A stretch of DNA of 62,423 bases from assembly GCA_964601595.1 (NCBI GenBank), contig CAZRNY010000001.1, positions 1 to 62,423 of the forward strand. The letters are read 5' to 3'. The position numbers and the translations under genes were made by a program. Each line of letters opens with the position of its first letter. Within the stretch, counting starts at the first letter, position 1. Of this stretch, positions 27,869 through 36,733 are shown one piece after another. Origin of the DNA: an uncultured Candidatus Saccharibacteria bacterium. Its GTDB lineage: Bacteria; Patescibacteriota; Minisyncoccia; UBA6257; Colwellbacteraceae. Below the pieces are notes generated by a model. It was not told the origin of the DNA and did not search any database. It saw only the letters and a list, made by a program, of their open reading frames with translations.

Positions 27869-27945
27869 ATGTTTCCATAAAGAGTAAGGATGGCTCGCTT
27901 GTATCTTCGGGAACCTCTGTTGCCGACGATAAAGGCAATTGGACT

Positions 27946-28389
27946 GTGAGGATCGCGGATTTCATTCCCAGAGGCTCATATCAGGCAGAAGTGGTGGCGC
28001 GAGATGATAGGGGAGCTCAGAGCCTTTCTGTTGTTAAGAAAAACATCGTTTCCAGAGAAAGACCACTCTTTATGATCGGGAAATGGGGGATAAGCGCTAC
28101 TTTCTTCTATCTGACGGTAATAGTTATAATTATTTGTGGAACGATCGGAGTTGTCCTGGCTGTAAGGAAGATGGGTGCAAAGAGAGGCCTAAAATCATTT
28201 ATAATAAAAAGGGACATGATTAACTCTTTTACTTCCCTTAAGAAAGATCTAGATGACGCGATGAAGACTGCAGATAAGAACGAATCAGGAAAGGAAGCGT
28301 CTTATCGGATGGCTAAGATAAAAGAGAAAATTGAAAAATCTTCCAAATACCTCTCTGAAGAAGTTGAAGAGCTTGGCAAGGATAAATGA
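27946..28389 (+). CDS. 3' part of the cohesin-like gene: Ig-like segment, TM anchor and charged cytoplasmic tail
   Basis: The ORF track starts at GTG 27946, but this frame is open back to 27835 and encodes ...SVPGYSVDVSIKSKDGSLVSSGTSVADDKGNWTV upstream of it. TM helix WGISATFFYLTVIVIIICGTIGVVLAV. Confidence 0.65.
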   Translation: MRIADFIPRGSYQAEVVARDDRGAQSLSVVKKNIVSRERPLFMIGKWGISATFFYLTVIVIIICGTIGVVLAVRKMGAKRGLKSFIIKRDMINSFTSLKKDLDDAMKTADKNESGKEASYRMAKIKEKIEKSSKYLSEEVEELGKDK

Positions 28390-28457
28390 TTCGGATCAGA
28401 CGATCGTAGTCGTTTTCTAAGTAATATGGACCATTGATAAAGGGTTAGATATAGAAT

Positions 28458-28835
28458 ATGAAAATAAAACTAATAATAATCGAAGACGAAGAGTCCTTAG
28501 GAAGGGTTCTAAAGGATAAGCTTGAGGCGGAAGGGTACGATGTTACCGTTGCTCGTGACGGTGAAGCCGGAGTGATAGCGGTTAAGAAAGATATTCCCAA
28601 CCTTGTCTTGCTTGATCTTATCCTTCCTAAGAAGACCGGATTTGAGGTGTTGGAAGAGCTGAAGAGTGATCCGGAAGCAAAGCATGTACCAGTGATCGTT
28701 CTTTCTAATCTTGGTGAGGATGAGAATATCAAAAAAGCTTTCGAGCTTGGTGCTGTTGATTATTTCGTTAAGACTCAGCATCCTATAAACGAGATAATAG
28801 AAAAGGTTAAAGAACAGGTTTCTAAAGGAATATAA
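28458..28835 (+). CDS. Stand-alone response regulator receiver domain (CheY-like)
   Basis: 125 aa with IEDE, LVLLDLILP (phospho-acceptor Asp), SNLG and the conserved Lys region. Confidence 0.9.
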   Translation: MKIKLIIIEDEESLGRVLKDKLEAEGYDVTVARDGEAGVIAVKKDIPNLVLLDLILPKKTGFEVLEELKSDPEAKHVPVIVLSNLGEDENIKKAFELGAVDYFVKTQHPINEIIEKVKEQVSKGI

Positions 28836-28874
28836 TCCAAAAACGCCCGCTTCTGGTGGGTGTTTTTCTTTAAA

Positions 28875-30743
28875 ATGGAAAAAAATTTGCATATAGTTGA
28901 TATTCATGAAGTCACTGAAAGATACAGGACTATATTCGATTCTCTGGATGAGCTTGTCGTGATTATTGATCCTGATCTGAACATAGTCGCTCCGAATAAG
29001 ACTGCGTTGGAGATATTTAAGAAAGAAGGGATGGATGAATCGAATATTCTCAATCGTCCGGCTCTCGAAGTTCTTCCAATTATCGACAAGGAACAAGTGA
29101 GAGATGAATTGAATGAGATATTGAAGAGGGGAGGTAGATTTGAAAGGGATGCCATATACGAGTTCAAATCAGGAAAGATATACGGGAAGACTAAGGGCAT
29201 ACCTATCATGGAAAATGATAAGATCGGCGGCATATTGATTTTGGTTCGTGATGTCACTAAGGAAAAGATTGCCGAAGAACTATTGGAAAAGAGCATCGAG
29301 AGATTCAATCATGTGGCTCGTATCGCCGGAGAGTGGATCTGGGAATTGGATGCTAATAGTATGTATTCATACTCGAGCGATGCTTCGAAAAAGATAATCG
29401 GCTATTCTCCGGAAGAGCTTATTGGTAAGAAGCATTTATATGACCTTTACCCGGAAGAGGATAAAGAAAGGCTTATTAGGATAAACGAGGCTTGTATCGC
29501 CAGTAAGGAGGATTTTCATGGGTTAGTGATGAGAGTCGTAAAAAAAGACGGATCGAAGATTTATATCGAGGAGAGCGGCTCGGTCTTATTTAACGAGAAA
29601 GGGGATATCGTCGGTTGTCGCGGTATCAGCACGGACATTACTGATCGCATGGAATATGAGAGTAATCTTGATAAGTTCCGCTTAGCCGTGGAGGGCGCCT
29701 CCGATCATGTCGTCATTACTGATGAGGATGGGATCATTCTCTATGCGAATCCGTCTGTGACAAGAACGACCGGATACGAATATAAAGAAATCATCGGTAA
29801 GACGCCTGCTATATGGGGAAAGCAGATGCCTAAGGAATTCTATGAATACTTCTGGTATACGCTGAAGGTGGAGAAGAAGCCTTTTATCGGCGAGATAACC
29901 AATAAAAGAAAAGATGGGAGGATATATATCGCCGAAATTAATGTTTCGCCGATTATTGATAACGACGGGAAGATCAAATTTTTTGTCGGAATAGAGCACG
30001 ACATAACCAAAGCGAAAGAGATAGATAGAGCGAAGACTGAGTTCGTCTCGCTTGCTTCTCATCAGCTCAGGACTCCTCTTTCGATCATCAACTGGTACTC
30101 AGAGATGCTTCTTGGTGAAGATAAGGGTGTTATTTCCGAAGGACAGAAGGACTATCTCAGCGAGATATCGAAGGCTAACAAAAGAATGATCGACCTGGTC
30201 AACGCTCTTCTTAATGTTTCCCGTATCGACGTCGGTTCTTTTGCCGTTTCTCCGAAAAAGATAAACATTACAGACATATCGAAGACGGTCATTAAGGAAT
30301 TCTGTCAGGAGATAGATAAGAAGAGTCTATCTGTCTCGGAAAAATATCTCCCTGAATCGTTCGAATATATGGGCGATCCTGATCTTGTTAGGATAATCTT
30401 TCAGAATCTCATATCGAATTCGGTGAAATACTGCGATCTTAATGATTCTATCTCAGTGTCCGTACTGCTTAAGGATGATCTTATGATATCGATATCCGAT
30501 ACTGGAATAGGTATTCCGGAAGTAGCTAAAGAGAAGATATTTGAGAAGCTTTTCCGCGCCGATAATGCCCGTCATATGGATAGCGATGGGACGGGGCTCG
30601 GTCTCTATATAGTAAAAGCCATCGTTGATGCTTCTTCTGGGTCGATTTCGTTCGAGTCTGAAGAAAATAAAGGGACTACTTTCGTTATCCGCCTACCGAA
30701 GGAGGGGATGAAATCTCGAGAGGGCGCGAAAGGGCTTAAATAA
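28875..30743 (+). CDS. Soluble multi-PAS sensor histidine kinase
   Basis: Three to four PAS-like units, H-box SHQLRTPLS and an HATPase domain (N-box NLISNSVKY, DTGIGIP, GTGLGL). No TM segment. I prefer the ATG at 28875 over the GTG at 28860. Confidence 0.9.
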   Translation: MEKNLHIVDIHEVTERYRTIFDSLDELVVIIDPDLNIVAPNKTALEIFKKEGMDESNILNRPALEVLPIIDKEQVRDELNEILKRGGRFERDAIYEFKSGKIYGKTKGIPIMENDKIGGILILVRDVTKEKIAEELLEKSIERFNHVARIAGEWIWELDANSMYSYSSDASKKIIGYSPEELIGKKHLYDLYPEEDKERLIRINEACIASKEDFHGLVMRVVKKDGSKIYIEESGSVLFNEKGDIVGCRGISTDITDRMEYESNLDKFRLAVEGASDHVVITDEDGIILYANPSVTRTTGYEYKEIIGKTPAIWGKQMPKEFYEYFWYTLKVEKKPFIGEITNKRKDGRIYIAEINVSPIIDNDGKIKFFVGIEHDITKAKEIDRAKTEFVSLASHQLRTPLSIINWYSEMLLGEDKGVISEGQKDYLSEISKANKRMIDLVNALLNVSRIDVGSFAVSPKKINITDISKTVIKEFCQEIDKKSLSVSEKYLPESFEYMGDPDLVRIIFQNLISNSVKYCDLNDSISVSVLLKDDLMISISDTGIGIPEVAKEKIFEKLFRADNARHMDSDGTGLGLYIVKAIVDASSGSISFESEENKGTTFVIRLPKEGMKSREGAKGLK

Positions 30744-30760
30744 AATAAATATTATCAAAA

Positions 30761-31135
30761 ATGGAAAACAAAAAGATTCTGATCATCGAAGATGAACCTG
30801 TTATCCGTAAGGCTGTAATAGATAAGTTTTCCGAGCATGGTTTCTCTGTTTCCGAAGCGAGTGACGGCGAGGAGGGATTAAGGGTCGCTTTTGCCGAGAA
30901 GCCGGATGTCATCCTTCTAGACCTCATGATGCCTAAGGTGGACGGGTTAGTGGTAATGGAAGACTTGCGTAAGGACGAATGGGGAAAGAATGTTCCCATA
31001 ATAATCCTTACTAATTTTTCCGCCGATAATCACATTACGAACGAAGTAATAAAACATAAACCGAGCTATTATCTCCTTAAGACCGACTGGCCGATAGAGG
31101 AAGTGGTCGATAAGGTAAGAACAATCACTGGATAA
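30761..31135 (+). CDS. Stand-alone response regulator receiver domain
   Basis: 124 aa with IEDE, VILLDLMMP, TNF and the conserved Lys (LLKTDW). Confidence 0.9.
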   Translation: MENKKILIIEDEPVIRKAVIDKFSEHGFSVSEASDGEEGLRVAFAEKPDVILLDLMMPKVDGLVVMEDLRKDEWGKNVPIIILTNFSADNHITNEVIKHKPSYYLLKTDWPIEEVVDKVRTITG

Positions 31136-31141
31136 TGATCG

Positions 31142-31564
31142 ATGAAATCCAATAAGTATTATTTGATTATAATCTTCGTCGTGGCTCTTATTGCGGCCGG
31201 GATTACTTATTTTATCTTCTCTTCTCGAGAGGGTAGTCATCCTGTCGTAAACAATGAACCCTCTATCCCATCTACCGGAAATAATGAACAGGTTTCGGTT
31301 CCGTCGAATGCCGTTTCTAAATCAGTTGTTGATATCTCGGGGATAGCGTTTTCTCCTCTGGAGATAAGGATTAAGAAGGGGGAATCCGTTTCTTGGAAAA
31401 ATTTCGATAACATTTCCCATACGGCGACATCCGATTCTGGAATATTCGATTCGGGATTATTGGAGAAAGGAGAATCATTCAGTTTCACATTCGATGAAGT
31501 CGGAGAATATCCGTACTACTGCATTCCTCATCCGCTTATGAGGGGAAAAATTATCGTCGAATAG
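31142..31564 (+). CDS. Membrane-anchored type-1 copper protein (amicyanin/plastocyanin-like cupredoxin)
   Basis: N-terminal TM. An upstream His is in NISHTATSD. The C-terminus YYCIPHPLMRGKIIVE matches the amicyanin-type C-x2-H-x2-M copper loop. Confidence 0.85.
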   Translation: MKSNKYYLIIIFVVALIAAGITYFIFSSREGSHPVVNNEPSIPSTGNNEQVSVPSNAVSKSVVDISGIAFSPLEIRIKKGESVSWKNFDNISHTATSDSGIFDSGLLEKGESFSFTFDEVGEYPYYCIPHPLMRGKIIVE

Positions 31565-31571
31565 TTATTAC

Positions 31572-31600
31572 GCCTTGCGGTTATGCCGTAAGGCATTTTT
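31572..31600 (+). terminator. Intrinsic terminator
   Basis: GCCTTGCGG-TTATG-CCGTAAGGC (one G-U pair) followed by ATTTTT. Confidence 0.7.
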
Positions 31601-31617
31601 GGTTTAATATTTCATAT

Positions 31618-31971
31618 ATGCGATCAGTTGGAATAAAGAAAGGAATCGGGAAGATGAAGGAACAAAGCCGTGAGGTGAATCGCAAGCTCAAGGAACAGAC
31701 AATCACTTATCTCACGACTGCTTTCGGATTTGTAGCTGGTCTTGCCTGGAATGAAGCCATAAAGGCTCTTATTGATAACTTTTTTCCTCTTGGAAAGAAT
31801 ACGGTATGGGCAAAGCTGTTCTATGCCGTCTTTGTGACTCTCCTTGTCGTTCTCGTGACGAGATCGCTTCTTGTTTTTAATAAGGAGGAAGATTCTAGTA
31901 AGAATAAGAATAAGGAGACCGATGGAGAAAAGTCTGGAAAGAAAAAAGTTTCAAAGAAAAAAGCTAAATAG
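31618..31971 (+). CDS. Small membrane protein (DUF5654-like) with a Lys-rich tail
   Basis: The core LTTAFGFVAGLAWNEAIKALIDNFFPLGKN plus a second TM resembles DUF5654. An alternative start is ATG 31654. Confidence 0.65.
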   Translation: MRSVGIKKGIGKMKEQSREVNRKLKEQTITYLTTAFGFVAGLAWNEAIKALIDNFFPLGKNTVWAKLFYAVFVTLLVVLVTRSLLVFNKEEDSSKNKNKETDGEKSGKKKVSKKKAK

Positions 31972-32773
31972 GATATTTGTCTTAGCTCTCTCTTTTGCGG
32001 CGCTTGTCGCCGTCTTGGGGTTAGAGATTCTTTCTGAGGTCTGGTTTTGCAGAGTAAGGAAGGTGGAGATAGAGACTGATCGGCTGCCAGAGGGGTCTTC
32101 TGTAAAGATAGTGCAGATAAGCGACATTCATAATCGAATGCCTCTTAACTTCGACTCTCTTTCTCGGAAGATAGGATCGTTTTCTCCTCATTTCATCGCT
32201 CTGACGGGAGATATGATCGATCGGAAGACTGTCGCGAGGGATAATGCGCTCGCTTGGGCGGTGATGCTTGCAGAAAAAGCTCCGGTCTATTTCGTGAGAG
32301 GAAATCACGAGATCGCGAACGCGGAAGGGAAGATTTTTTTGAAAGAGCTTTCCGACTTAGGAATAAGAGTCCTTATCAATTCATCCGAGCGCATTTATGC
32401 CGGTTCTGAGCCCATATTCATCGCTGGAGCTGATGATCTTAATTTTGGCAGCCCCGATATAACTAAAGCGGAAAAAGGCATGTCTACCTCTGAATTCGTC
32501 GTTCTCCTGTCTCATACTCCGGAAGCGGCTTTTTCTGGCAGTGAAGAAAGTCTCATTCTTTCGGGACATACTCATGGAGGTCAGGTCAGGCTTCCTTTCT
32601 ATGGTCCTGTATTCATTCCAGACAGAGACATCGCGTCATACATGGTAAAGGGCCTTTCTGAGATCGGGCTTCAGAGATTCCTCTATGTGGATATTGGCGT
32701 CGGCACGAGTGTGATACCCGTCCGCCTGTTCGCTCCTTCTGGAATAGCATTCATCGAGATAAAGGGGAAATGA
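31922..32773 (+). CDS. Membrane-anchored metallophosphoesterase (paralog of 6452-7255)
   Basis: Motifs SDIH, TGDM, GNHE and GHTHGGQ. The start is uncertain: ATG 31922 still overlaps the upstream gene by 50 nt. Confidence 0.8.
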   Translation: MEKSLERKKFQRKKLNRIFVLALSFAALVAVLGLEILSEVWFCRVRKVEIETDRLPEGSSVKIVQISDIHNRMPLNFDSLSRKIGSFSPHFIALTGDMIDRKTVARDNALAWAVMLAEKAPVYFVRGNHEIANAEGKIFLKELSDLGIRVLINSSERIYAGSEPIFIAGADDLNFGSPDITKAEKGMSTSEFVVLLSHTPEAAFSGSEESLILSGHTHGGQVRLPFYGPVFIPDRDIASYMVKGLSEIGLQRFLYVDIGVGTSVIPVRLFAPSGIAFIEIKGK

Positions 32774-32997
32774 GAAAACTAATCAGGGTAAAGGTTTCTC
32801 CCGGGTCTTCACGCAATAAAGTGGAAAAGAAGAAGGAAGATTTCTTTTCCGTATTGGTCAGAGAGAAAGCGGAAGGAGGAGAGGCTAATAAAGCGATGTT
32901 GAAACTACTCAGTAAAGAGATGAATATTCCGGAAAAATCGCTGCATATAATCAAAGGATCAAGATCAAGCTCGAAGATAATCGAAATATTAGGATGA
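32770..32997 (+). CDS. DUF167/YggU-family protein
   Basis: 75 aa; VKVSPGSSRNKV...EGGEANKAMLKLLSKEMNIP...IIKGSRSSSKII. Confidence 0.8.
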   Translation: MRKLIRVKVSPGSSRNKVEKKKEDFFSVLVREKAEGGEANKAMLKLLSKEMNIPEKSLHIIKGSRSSSKIIEILG

Positions 32998-33632
32998 TAG
33001 AAGATGGCATCTATGGATTTTGGAAACCGAAAGGGCCTTCATCGGCTCATTTCTTGAACGGTATAAAAAGGAAGTGCTATCCGAAGAAAGTCGGTCATGC
33101 CGGAACTCTCGATCCTCTAGCCGAGGGAATATTGGCGGTAGGCATCGGTAAGGGAACGAAAATGCTCTCCGAAGAAGTCGCGAAAGAAAAAGAATATCTG
33201 GCTGGCATAAGACTTGGCGTAACTAGTACGACTGACGATGAAGAAGGTGAAAAGGCCGTTTCTGATTCTTTAATCATTCCTTCGCTTTCAGAAGTTAAAG
33301 AAACTATAGCCGATTTTGTTGGAGATATATCTCAGGTTCCGCCAGCTTTCAGTGCTCTCAAGATCGGTGGTACTGAGGCTTATAAGCTTGCTCGGAAAGG
33401 CGTTGTTGTCGAAATGAAAGCTCGGCCAGCAAAAGTTATGAGTGCGGAACTCATTTCTTATTCTTATCCTGATATCACTGTGCGTTTCGTGACCGGACCA
33501 GGAGTATATATCCGTTCTCTCGCACGCGATATCGGTGCGAAGCTCGGAGTAGGCGGCTATATGTCTTCTCTTATAAGGGAAAGAGTCGGATCTTTCACTA
33601 AAGGGAACGCGATTGATCCGGAAAGTTTATAA
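32994..33632 (+). CDS. truB: tRNA pseudouridine(55) synthase TruB (short form, no PUA domain)
   Basis: Catalytic motif GHAGTLDPLAEG, plus QVPPAFSALKIGG. Confidence 0.9.
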   Translation: MIEDGIYGFWKPKGPSSAHFLNGIKRKCYPKKVGHAGTLDPLAEGILAVGIGKGTKMLSEEVAKEKEYLAGIRLGVTSTTDDEEGEKAVSDSLIIPSLSEVKETIADFVGDISQVPPAFSALKIGGTEAYKLARKGVVVEMKARPAKVMSAELISYSYPDITVRFVTGPGVYIRSLARDIGAKLGVGGYMSSLIRERVGSFTKGNAIDPESL

Positions 33633-33640
33633 TTATTAAG

Positions 33641-34519
33641 ATGACTCGCGGAAAGATTGCCGTTATAGGCGGTGGTGAAATTGGCTCTGCTTTTACTGGG
33701 ATTCTTCTTAAGAAAGGTGCGCGAGTTTCTGTTTGGGACAAGGATCCTTCAAAAAGTTCTGAAGGTGTTTCCTTATCGGAAGCGGTAAAGGGAGCGGGAA
33801 CCGTTTTTTTTGCTGTGCCTTCTTGGTGTCTTCGTGATGCCATGTCTCATGTATCAGGTATAGTTTCGCCGGAATCGATGATAATCCTCATTTCTAAAGG
33901 ATTAGAAGAAGGAAGCGGAAAGACCGCTCTTGAGATATCGGAGGACTATTTCGAAGGTAACGCTAAAGTATTCATGGGCGGACCGATGATAGCCGAAGAG
34001 CTTTCTTCCGGTCTTCCTTCTTTTGGCGTAGCGGCCTCCAGGGAGAATGATGCTTCAATGCTTGCCACTCTTCTTTTTTCTGGCAGTAATTTTTCCATGA
34101 CGAGAAGTTCTGACGATCATGGTGTTGAACTCTGCGGAATATTGAAGAATCTTTATGCGATCGGATTGGGAATGGTCGACGGAGTGGGGTGTGGCTCTAA
34201 TGCGCGCGGCGCTTTCGTATCCAGAGCCGTTCAGGAAATGTCTCTTATCCTTTCTTCCGAGGGCTGTAAGGAAGAGACCGTATTTGGTATCGCCGGGCTT
34301 GGCGACTTCATTGCGACCGGTTTCGGTTCCGGTTCATCAAATCGCGCGGCAGGAATAGCTATAGCGAAAAGGGAAACTCCCAAGAAGAGCGAAGGTATTT
34401 CTTCTGTCATTCCTGCAAGGAAGAGATTCTGCCTATCGGGCAAGGTTCCGTTGCTTTCTGCCGTTTCTGATGTAATAATCGGCCGACTTGAACCGAAGGG
34501 GATAATCCCTTTCATATAG
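33641..34519 (+). CDS. gpsA: NAD(P)H-dependent glycerol-3-phosphate dehydrogenase-like protein
   Basis: Rossmann motif KIAVIGGGEIGSAF, ISKGLE, and LKNLYAIGLGMVDG-type C-terminal domain motifs. Confidence 0.6.
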   Translation: MTRGKIAVIGGGEIGSAFTGILLKKGARVSVWDKDPSKSSEGVSLSEAVKGAGTVFFAVPSWCLRDAMSHVSGIVSPESMIILISKGLEEGSGKTALEISEDYFEGNAKVFMGGPMIAEELSSGLPSFGVAASRENDASMLATLLFSGSNFSMTRSSDDHGVELCGILKNLYAIGLGMVDGVGCGSNARGAFVSRAVQEMSLILSSEGCKEETVFGIAGLGDFIATGFGSGSSNRAAGIAIAKRETPKKSEGISSVIPARKRFCLSGKVPLLSAVSDVIIGRLEPKGIIPFI

Positions 34520-34525
34520 GATAAT

Positions 34526-34852
34526 ATGCCAGAAATACCTTTTGAAGATTTTACTAAAGTCGAGCTTGCGATAGGGGAAATCCTCTCCGCGGAGAGGGTC
34601 GAAGGATCAGAAAAACTGCTCCGATTTGAGATATCTCTTGGAGAAGAGAAGTGCCAAATACTCTCGGGTATCGGCCGTCGCTACGATCCCGCAACGCTTG
34701 TCGGAAAGAAAGTGGCTCTCGTGAAGAACTTAGCTCCGAGATCGATAATGGGCTTTGAGAGTAAAGGAATGATCCTTGCGGCCGATTCTGCGGAAGGACC
34801 GGCTCTTCTTTTCCCCGATGGAGATGTTGCCTCCGGAACGGTAATAAAATAA
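34526..34852 (+). CDS. Stand-alone tRNA-binding domain protein (CsaA/Trbp111-like OB fold)
   Basis: FTKVELAIGEILSAERVEGSEKLLRFEISLGEE...LVGKKVALVKNLAPRSIMGFESKGMILAA. Confidence 0.85.
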   Translation: MPEIPFEDFTKVELAIGEILSAERVEGSEKLLRFEISLGEEKCQILSGIGRRYDPATLVGKKVALVKNLAPRSIMGFESKGMILAADSAEGPALLFPDGDVASGTVIK

Positions 34853-34905
34853 GGGTTTCTGACCGTCTGTTATAATTACACAAAGGCCGTACAGGCTAAG
34901 TCCAG

Positions 34906-36636
34906 ATGAAAAAGAAACTGTTCGTATCATTACTATTGGCTGGTCTCTTTGCTGTGAGTCTGTCTACGGGGGAAGCTCGCGCTTTTTCCTTTTCCGATTT
35001 TCATATCCAAAAGTCTTCCTTCCTCCCGAATAACCCTTTCTATTTCTTTAAGGATGTAGGGAGGAGTCTTCAGAGAGCTATCACTAGGGACCCTATTGCT
35101 AGGGCTGAGCTTGAGCTGAATATATTGGACGAAAGGGCTTCTGAGATAATGAATGCCGGAAATCCTGATGAGAAAGCGATGTTGTCAGCCGTCTTCGGAT
35201 ATATAGAGAGCGTTTCAAGACTGAAAGAGAGGTTTATCGAGCTGAAGGATATATCTTCCAATCCGAACATAGACAGGCTTATCGAAAAATCGATCATGAG
35301 ATCGGTAAAGCATGTTGAATTTTTTGAAGGATTGAAATCGGAATATCCAGGATTAAAAGGAGACCTCTTATCTGCTTCGGTTTCGATCATCGATGCATCC
35401 GAAAGCATTCCGGGCTCTTTTGGCGATCAGGCTCTTTTTAAAGAAAGAGTCCTTAGGGCTATAGAGGATATCGATGATTCTGATGATAGGGAGATACGCG
35501 CTATAAGCGCCCTTAATGTTTTTTCTGACAACATATCTTCGGAGGAAGCGAAGCTTTCTCTTTCTGAGATCAAGATAGATCTCAATCTGAGGTTTGAGGG
35601 GAGATGTAAAGCGGATAAACAGGTCACCGAGAAGCTCGCGAACATTATTGGAAAAATCACCGATGATCATTCGAAAATCCGTATCGTAGATGGTCTCATA
35701 TCCGTCGCTGAATATCGCCCTTTGGAACTAAAGCTCTCTTCTTTGCGCAACAGTCTTATATCTTATGAAGGAAGGGAAGTTTCCGAGCACGATGTCTTGG
35801 TTTTTTCGGATGATGCGAAGATGGCATTGGATAATCTTTCCTTACGAGTGGATTCTTCATCTTCCTTATCCGGAATCTATGCCGCGAGGTCATACATTTC
35901 TCTCGCTGAAGCCGATCTCGCTTCCGCTTCGATCCATCTATCAGAGGGATCATATGCTAAGGCTATGGGATCGATTCTCTCCTCTTTCGGAAGGATAAGC
36001 GAAGGCAATGATTCTATCATCAGAAATTTTTCTTCATCGGCTTCGAAAGAATCATTATCTAAAGAATATGATCGACTATCATCTCTCGCTTCAGATAAGA
36101 AAATATTGAGAGGTAACTATCCTTCGATCTGGTCCAAGATGGATTCGCTTAAAGCAGGAATAGTATTTATTGGCAGCCGCTCATCGGAAAGGGAGATAAA
36201 GCGTCTTCTTTTCGAGATAGAGATGCTCATTTTAAAGAGTAATGATTCTCCTGAGTCAGTTGTTATTCCGGAATTTTCCGCTCCCGAAAAAGATGACAGC
36301 GTTGTCTGTCCTATGATCTATGACCCTGTCTGTGGGTCAGACGGAAAAACTTATTCTAATTCCTGTGTGGCTGAGTTGTCTGCGGGAGTAAAGGTAAAAG
36401 ACAAAGGAGAGTGTCCTTCGATCGGAACCGTTTCTCCTGTTACTCCTATTACCGATTCTGGATCAAGGTTTTGTATCCTGATTTATGACCCTGTCTGCGG
36501 CGATAACGGCATTACTTATCCTAATTCCTGCTTTGCCGGAATCGCCGGAGTGAATATCGCGAGAAAAGGTTCATGTGGTACGATTTCCGAAACTCCTGCC
36601 GACAATCCGTCGGTCATAACTCCTGAAAAAGAATAG
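34906..36636 (+). CDS. Secreted protein with a helical N-terminal region (DUF5667-like) and two C-terminal Kazal-type domains
   Basis: Signal peptide. The Kazal signatures are CPMIYDPVCGSDGKTYSNSCVA...GEC and CILIYDPVCGDNGITYPNSCFA...GSC. Confidence 0.85.
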   Translation: MKKKLFVSLLLAGLFAVSLSTGEARAFSFSDFHIQKSSFLPNNPFYFFKDVGRSLQRAITRDPIARAELELNILDERASEIMNAGNPDEKAMLSAVFGYIESVSRLKERFIELKDISSNPNIDRLIEKSIMRSVKHVEFFEGLKSEYPGLKGDLLSASVSIIDASESIPGSFGDQALFKERVLRAIEDIDDSDDREIRAISALNVFSDNISSEEAKLSLSEIKIDLNLRFEGRCKADKQVTEKLANIIGKITDDHSKIRIVDGLISVAEYRPLELKLSSLRNSLISYEGREVSEHDVLVFSDDAKMALDNLSLRVDSSSSLSGIYAARSYISLAEADLASASIHLSEGSYAKAMGSILSSFGRISEGNDSIIRNFSSSASKESLSKEYDRLSSLASDKKILRGNYPSIWSKMDSLKAGIVFIGSRSSEREIKRLLFEIEMLILKSNDSPESVVIPEFSAPEKDDSVVCPMIYDPVCGSDGKTYSNSCVAELSAGVKVKDKGECPSIGTVSPVTPITDSGSRFCILIYDPVCGDNGITYPNSCFAGIAGVNIARKGSCGTISETPADNPSVITPEKE

Positions 36637-36645
36637 CCCTAAAAA

Positions 36646-36675
36646 AGAACCCCGCTCTGATAGCGGGGTTCTTAT
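36646..36675 (+). terminator. Terminator-like hairpin
   Basis: AGAACCCCGCT-CTGAT-AGCGGGGTTCT (11-bp stem) with a weak T tract. Confidence 0.6.
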
Positions 36676-36733
36676 AATCAAGGCACACTTATGTCAATTG
36701 AGTCATTAGCTCCTCTGAGGATAGAATACCTGT

